This document shows positions 62,438-64,000 of a stretch of DNA of 64,000 nt, in pieces (the stretch's first letter is position 1; the number at the start of each line of letters is the position of its first letter). Both the position numbers and the translations under genes were made by a program. The notes under the pieces are model-generated. The model ran no database searches and had not been told where the DNA came from. It worked only from the letters and a program-made list of their open reading frames with translations. The DNA is from Candidatus Giovannonibacteria bacterium RIFCSPHIGHO2_12_FULL_44_22 (GTDB taxonomy: Bacteria; Patescibacteriota; Minisyncoccia; UBA11713; 2-01-FULL-45-33): assembly GCA_001778695.1 (NCBI GenBank), contig MFHU01000003.1, positions 1,521-65,520 on the forward strand, read 5' to 3'.

Positions 62438-63270
62438 TTAGAATATCGTATAGTGCCACCTGAATTTTCACAATAAGCTTGCCCACCAAGACCGCTAATT
62501 TGATTTCTTAATTGTAGAAAATCTGATGGCGTGTTGTTACGCGGAGTGCCGCCAGTTGGTGTTGCTGGTACTAAATCTACAACCGGCTTGCCTGACCCAT
62601 GCTCTTTATGACCGACTTCAGTTCCTCCTATTATAAAAAAGTTTAATCCTGTAGTTTTTAGATCCGTTAAGTGTTGAGCCGTTGAAATTGGCAATCCCAC
62701 AACACTAGTGCAGCCAGGGTCTGATTGAATATGGCAATTACTTCCGCTCTGATTTATAACTAATATGCCCGCTTTATTTAGAAAAGTCTCACCTTCAGTT
62801 TCGGTGCTGAATACCGCTCCAATTGGCTTTGGAATTGTAGTAATTCCTCCGCTCGGGGTTCCGCCGATTGGGGCGGTTTGTATTGCTACTGGGCATTGTT
62901 CCATTTCATTCCAGCTAATAATACCCTTCCCTTCGGCTAAAGTTTGAATTATGGAATTGACTATTAGCCATCCACCGAAAGCAATGAAAATCCCGACTAT
63001 TGAAGATGTTAAGATTTTTTTGCCTTTTTCAATTTGCGCTGGATTTCCGGAGCTAGTAAGCCATACAATTCCTCCAGCCAAGAGGGCAATCACTAAAATT
63101 GGAGTTGCCAATTGAAATAATAAAAAACTTACAATACGGCTTGACAGCAGCCATAAATGGCAAGGCGTGCACGGGATAAATTGCGTGCCGCAAGGAACAA
63201 GCGGTAGAGCGAAAACTGGCAATGCCAAAATCAATAAAAGACCGCTGATTAATAAAATTTTATTTTTCAT
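62395..63270 (-). CDS. pilin-like N-terminal module fused to a Gly/Thr-rich C-terminal domain (paralog 5, candidate tip or adhesin subunit)
   Basis: 291 aa. N-terminus ILVIALLAGGIVWLTSSGNPAQIEKGKKILTSSIVGIFIAFGGWLIV repeats the pilin-like pattern. C-terminal 180 aa domain with Cys pairs and GGT repeats. Confidence 0.45.
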   Translation of the reverse strand: MKNKILLISGLLLILALPVFALPLVPCGTQFIPCTPCHLWLLSSRIVSFLLFQLATPILVIALLAGGIVWLTSSGNPAQIEKGKKILTSSIVGIFIAFGGWLIVNSIIQTLAEGKGIISWNEMEQCPVAIQTAPIGGTPSGGITTIPKPIGAVFSTETEGETFLNKAGILVINQSGSNCHIQSDPGCTSVVGLPISTAQHLTDLKTTGLNFFIIGGTEVGHKEHGSGKPVVDLVPATPTGGTPRNNTPSDFLQLRNQISGLGGQAYCENSGGTIRYSNCDGGTSHVHVVWP

Positions 63271-64000
63271 TTTAATTCCATAAACCTGGCTTTAGCTTTT
63301 TCCAAAGAATCCCGCAAAGTGAATCGCCCAATAGCCATGTCTTCTATTAAAGTTCTGAAAATTTGGTCGGCGCGCTGGGGGTCGGGATTCGGCCAAAGCT
63401 TAAGCGCCAAAACCGAATTCGCGAAAACCGAGAGTATGGACTCTTTTTGATAAACCGGCAGGACATCGCGCCGCGGAGAAACATTTCCGGTTTTATCCGC
63501 ATAGCTGGCTGAATTTTCCGCGCTAGCCAAAAATTGTATGAATTGCCAGGCTTGCAGTTGCGCTTTTGAAGCCTTTGGCACGGCCAGGGCGAAAATTTCC
63601 CCGCCGGTCACGGGGCGCTGGGCCCCTGCCAATTGCGGCAAGAGCGCCACGGAAAAAGACAGATGCGCGTTTTTATTTTTTATTTCATTATATTCCGAAA
63701 TTTTGCCGAAATACATAGCCAGTTTTCCATTTATGAAAGCATCTCTGGCTTCCGGCAGCGCCCCCGACCAACTTTGAGAATTTTTCTTAGGATTCGCGAA
63801 ATCGATAACGAACTGCAAAGAAGATTCGGCAGGATGAAGCGTAACTTCGCCGATGTTAAGCGGTTCGTTTAGCGTGATTTCTCCGGAATCATTTATAATT
63901 TTTTCTCCGGATTGCAAAAAAAGCGTGGTTAAAATAAGCGGGGCGTTTTGTATGTTTTCCGCTCTGCCCAAAGCCGCTCCGGATATCACGATATTTCCGG
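63267..64000 (-). CDS. ABC-transporter extracellular solute-binding protein (C-terminal part; gene continues beyond the window end)
   Basis: C-terminal region typical of family-1 solute-binding proteins (GKLAMYFG, FALAVPKASK, AWQFIQFL). N-terminus lies outside the window. Confidence 0.55.
   Translation of the reverse strand, partial: GNIVISGAALGRAENIQNAPLILTTLFLQSGEKIINDSGEITLNEPLNIGEVTLHPAESSLQFVIDFANPKKNSQSWSGALPEARDAFINGKLAMYFGKISEYNEIKNKNAHLSFSVALLPQLAGAQRPVTGGEIFALAVPKASKAQLQAWQFIQFLASAENSASYADKTGNVSPRRDVLPVYQKESILSVFANSVLALKLWPNPDPQRADQIFRTLIEDMAIGRFTLRDSLEKAKARFMELK

Overview
The window is AT-rich (roughly 40% GC), gene-dense bacterial DNA whose gene content resembles a Candidate Phyla Radiation / Patescibacteria genome: minimal IF-2 and short ValS, many small hypothetical proteins, weak Shine-Dalgarno sequences, a type IV pilus operon, and T4SS-pilin-like paralogs.

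Recognisable core genes: ymdB (partial), rny, gpmI, an rpoD-like sigma factor, clpP, hppA (membrane pyrophosphatase), nusA, valS, tsaD, an rluA-family pseudouridine synthase, rplS, mpg, htrA, an ECF sigma factor, infB, rbfA, acyP and uppS. There are 17 tRNA genes in several clusters.

Accessory content:
- Three toxin-antitoxin modules: RelE-type, HicAB, and DUF4258/DUF2283.
- A two-component system fused in operon to a type IV pilus gene set (pilB, pilC, three pilins, a PilX-like protein, pilM/N/O).
- An integrated element inserted at tRNA-His. It carries a large serine recombinase, a Rep_trans-like protein, a Type III restriction-modification system, and a cargo cluster of nuclease-like and zinc-ribbon proteins.
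- A GIY-YIG mini-element flanked by inverted repeats, abutting tRNA-Ala.
- Two high-GC cassette-like genes with strong ribosome-binding sites.
- A divergent FtsZ with a long C-terminal tail.
- Secreted proteins with Kazal/cupredoxin-like and CAP domains.
- A tandem array of five VirB2/T4SS-pilin-like small membrane proteins.

The most unusual signal is a set of GC-rich palindromic repeat units (GACGTCCGACGTC / GAAGTCCGACTTC and related forms) inserted in-frame inside essential genes: valS, tsaD, rluA, mpg (twice) and an infB variant. A second GC-rich motif family is shared by the gpmI interior and the clpP 3' end. This resembles the Rickettsia palindromic elements.

No CRISPR array and no rRNA gene were seen.
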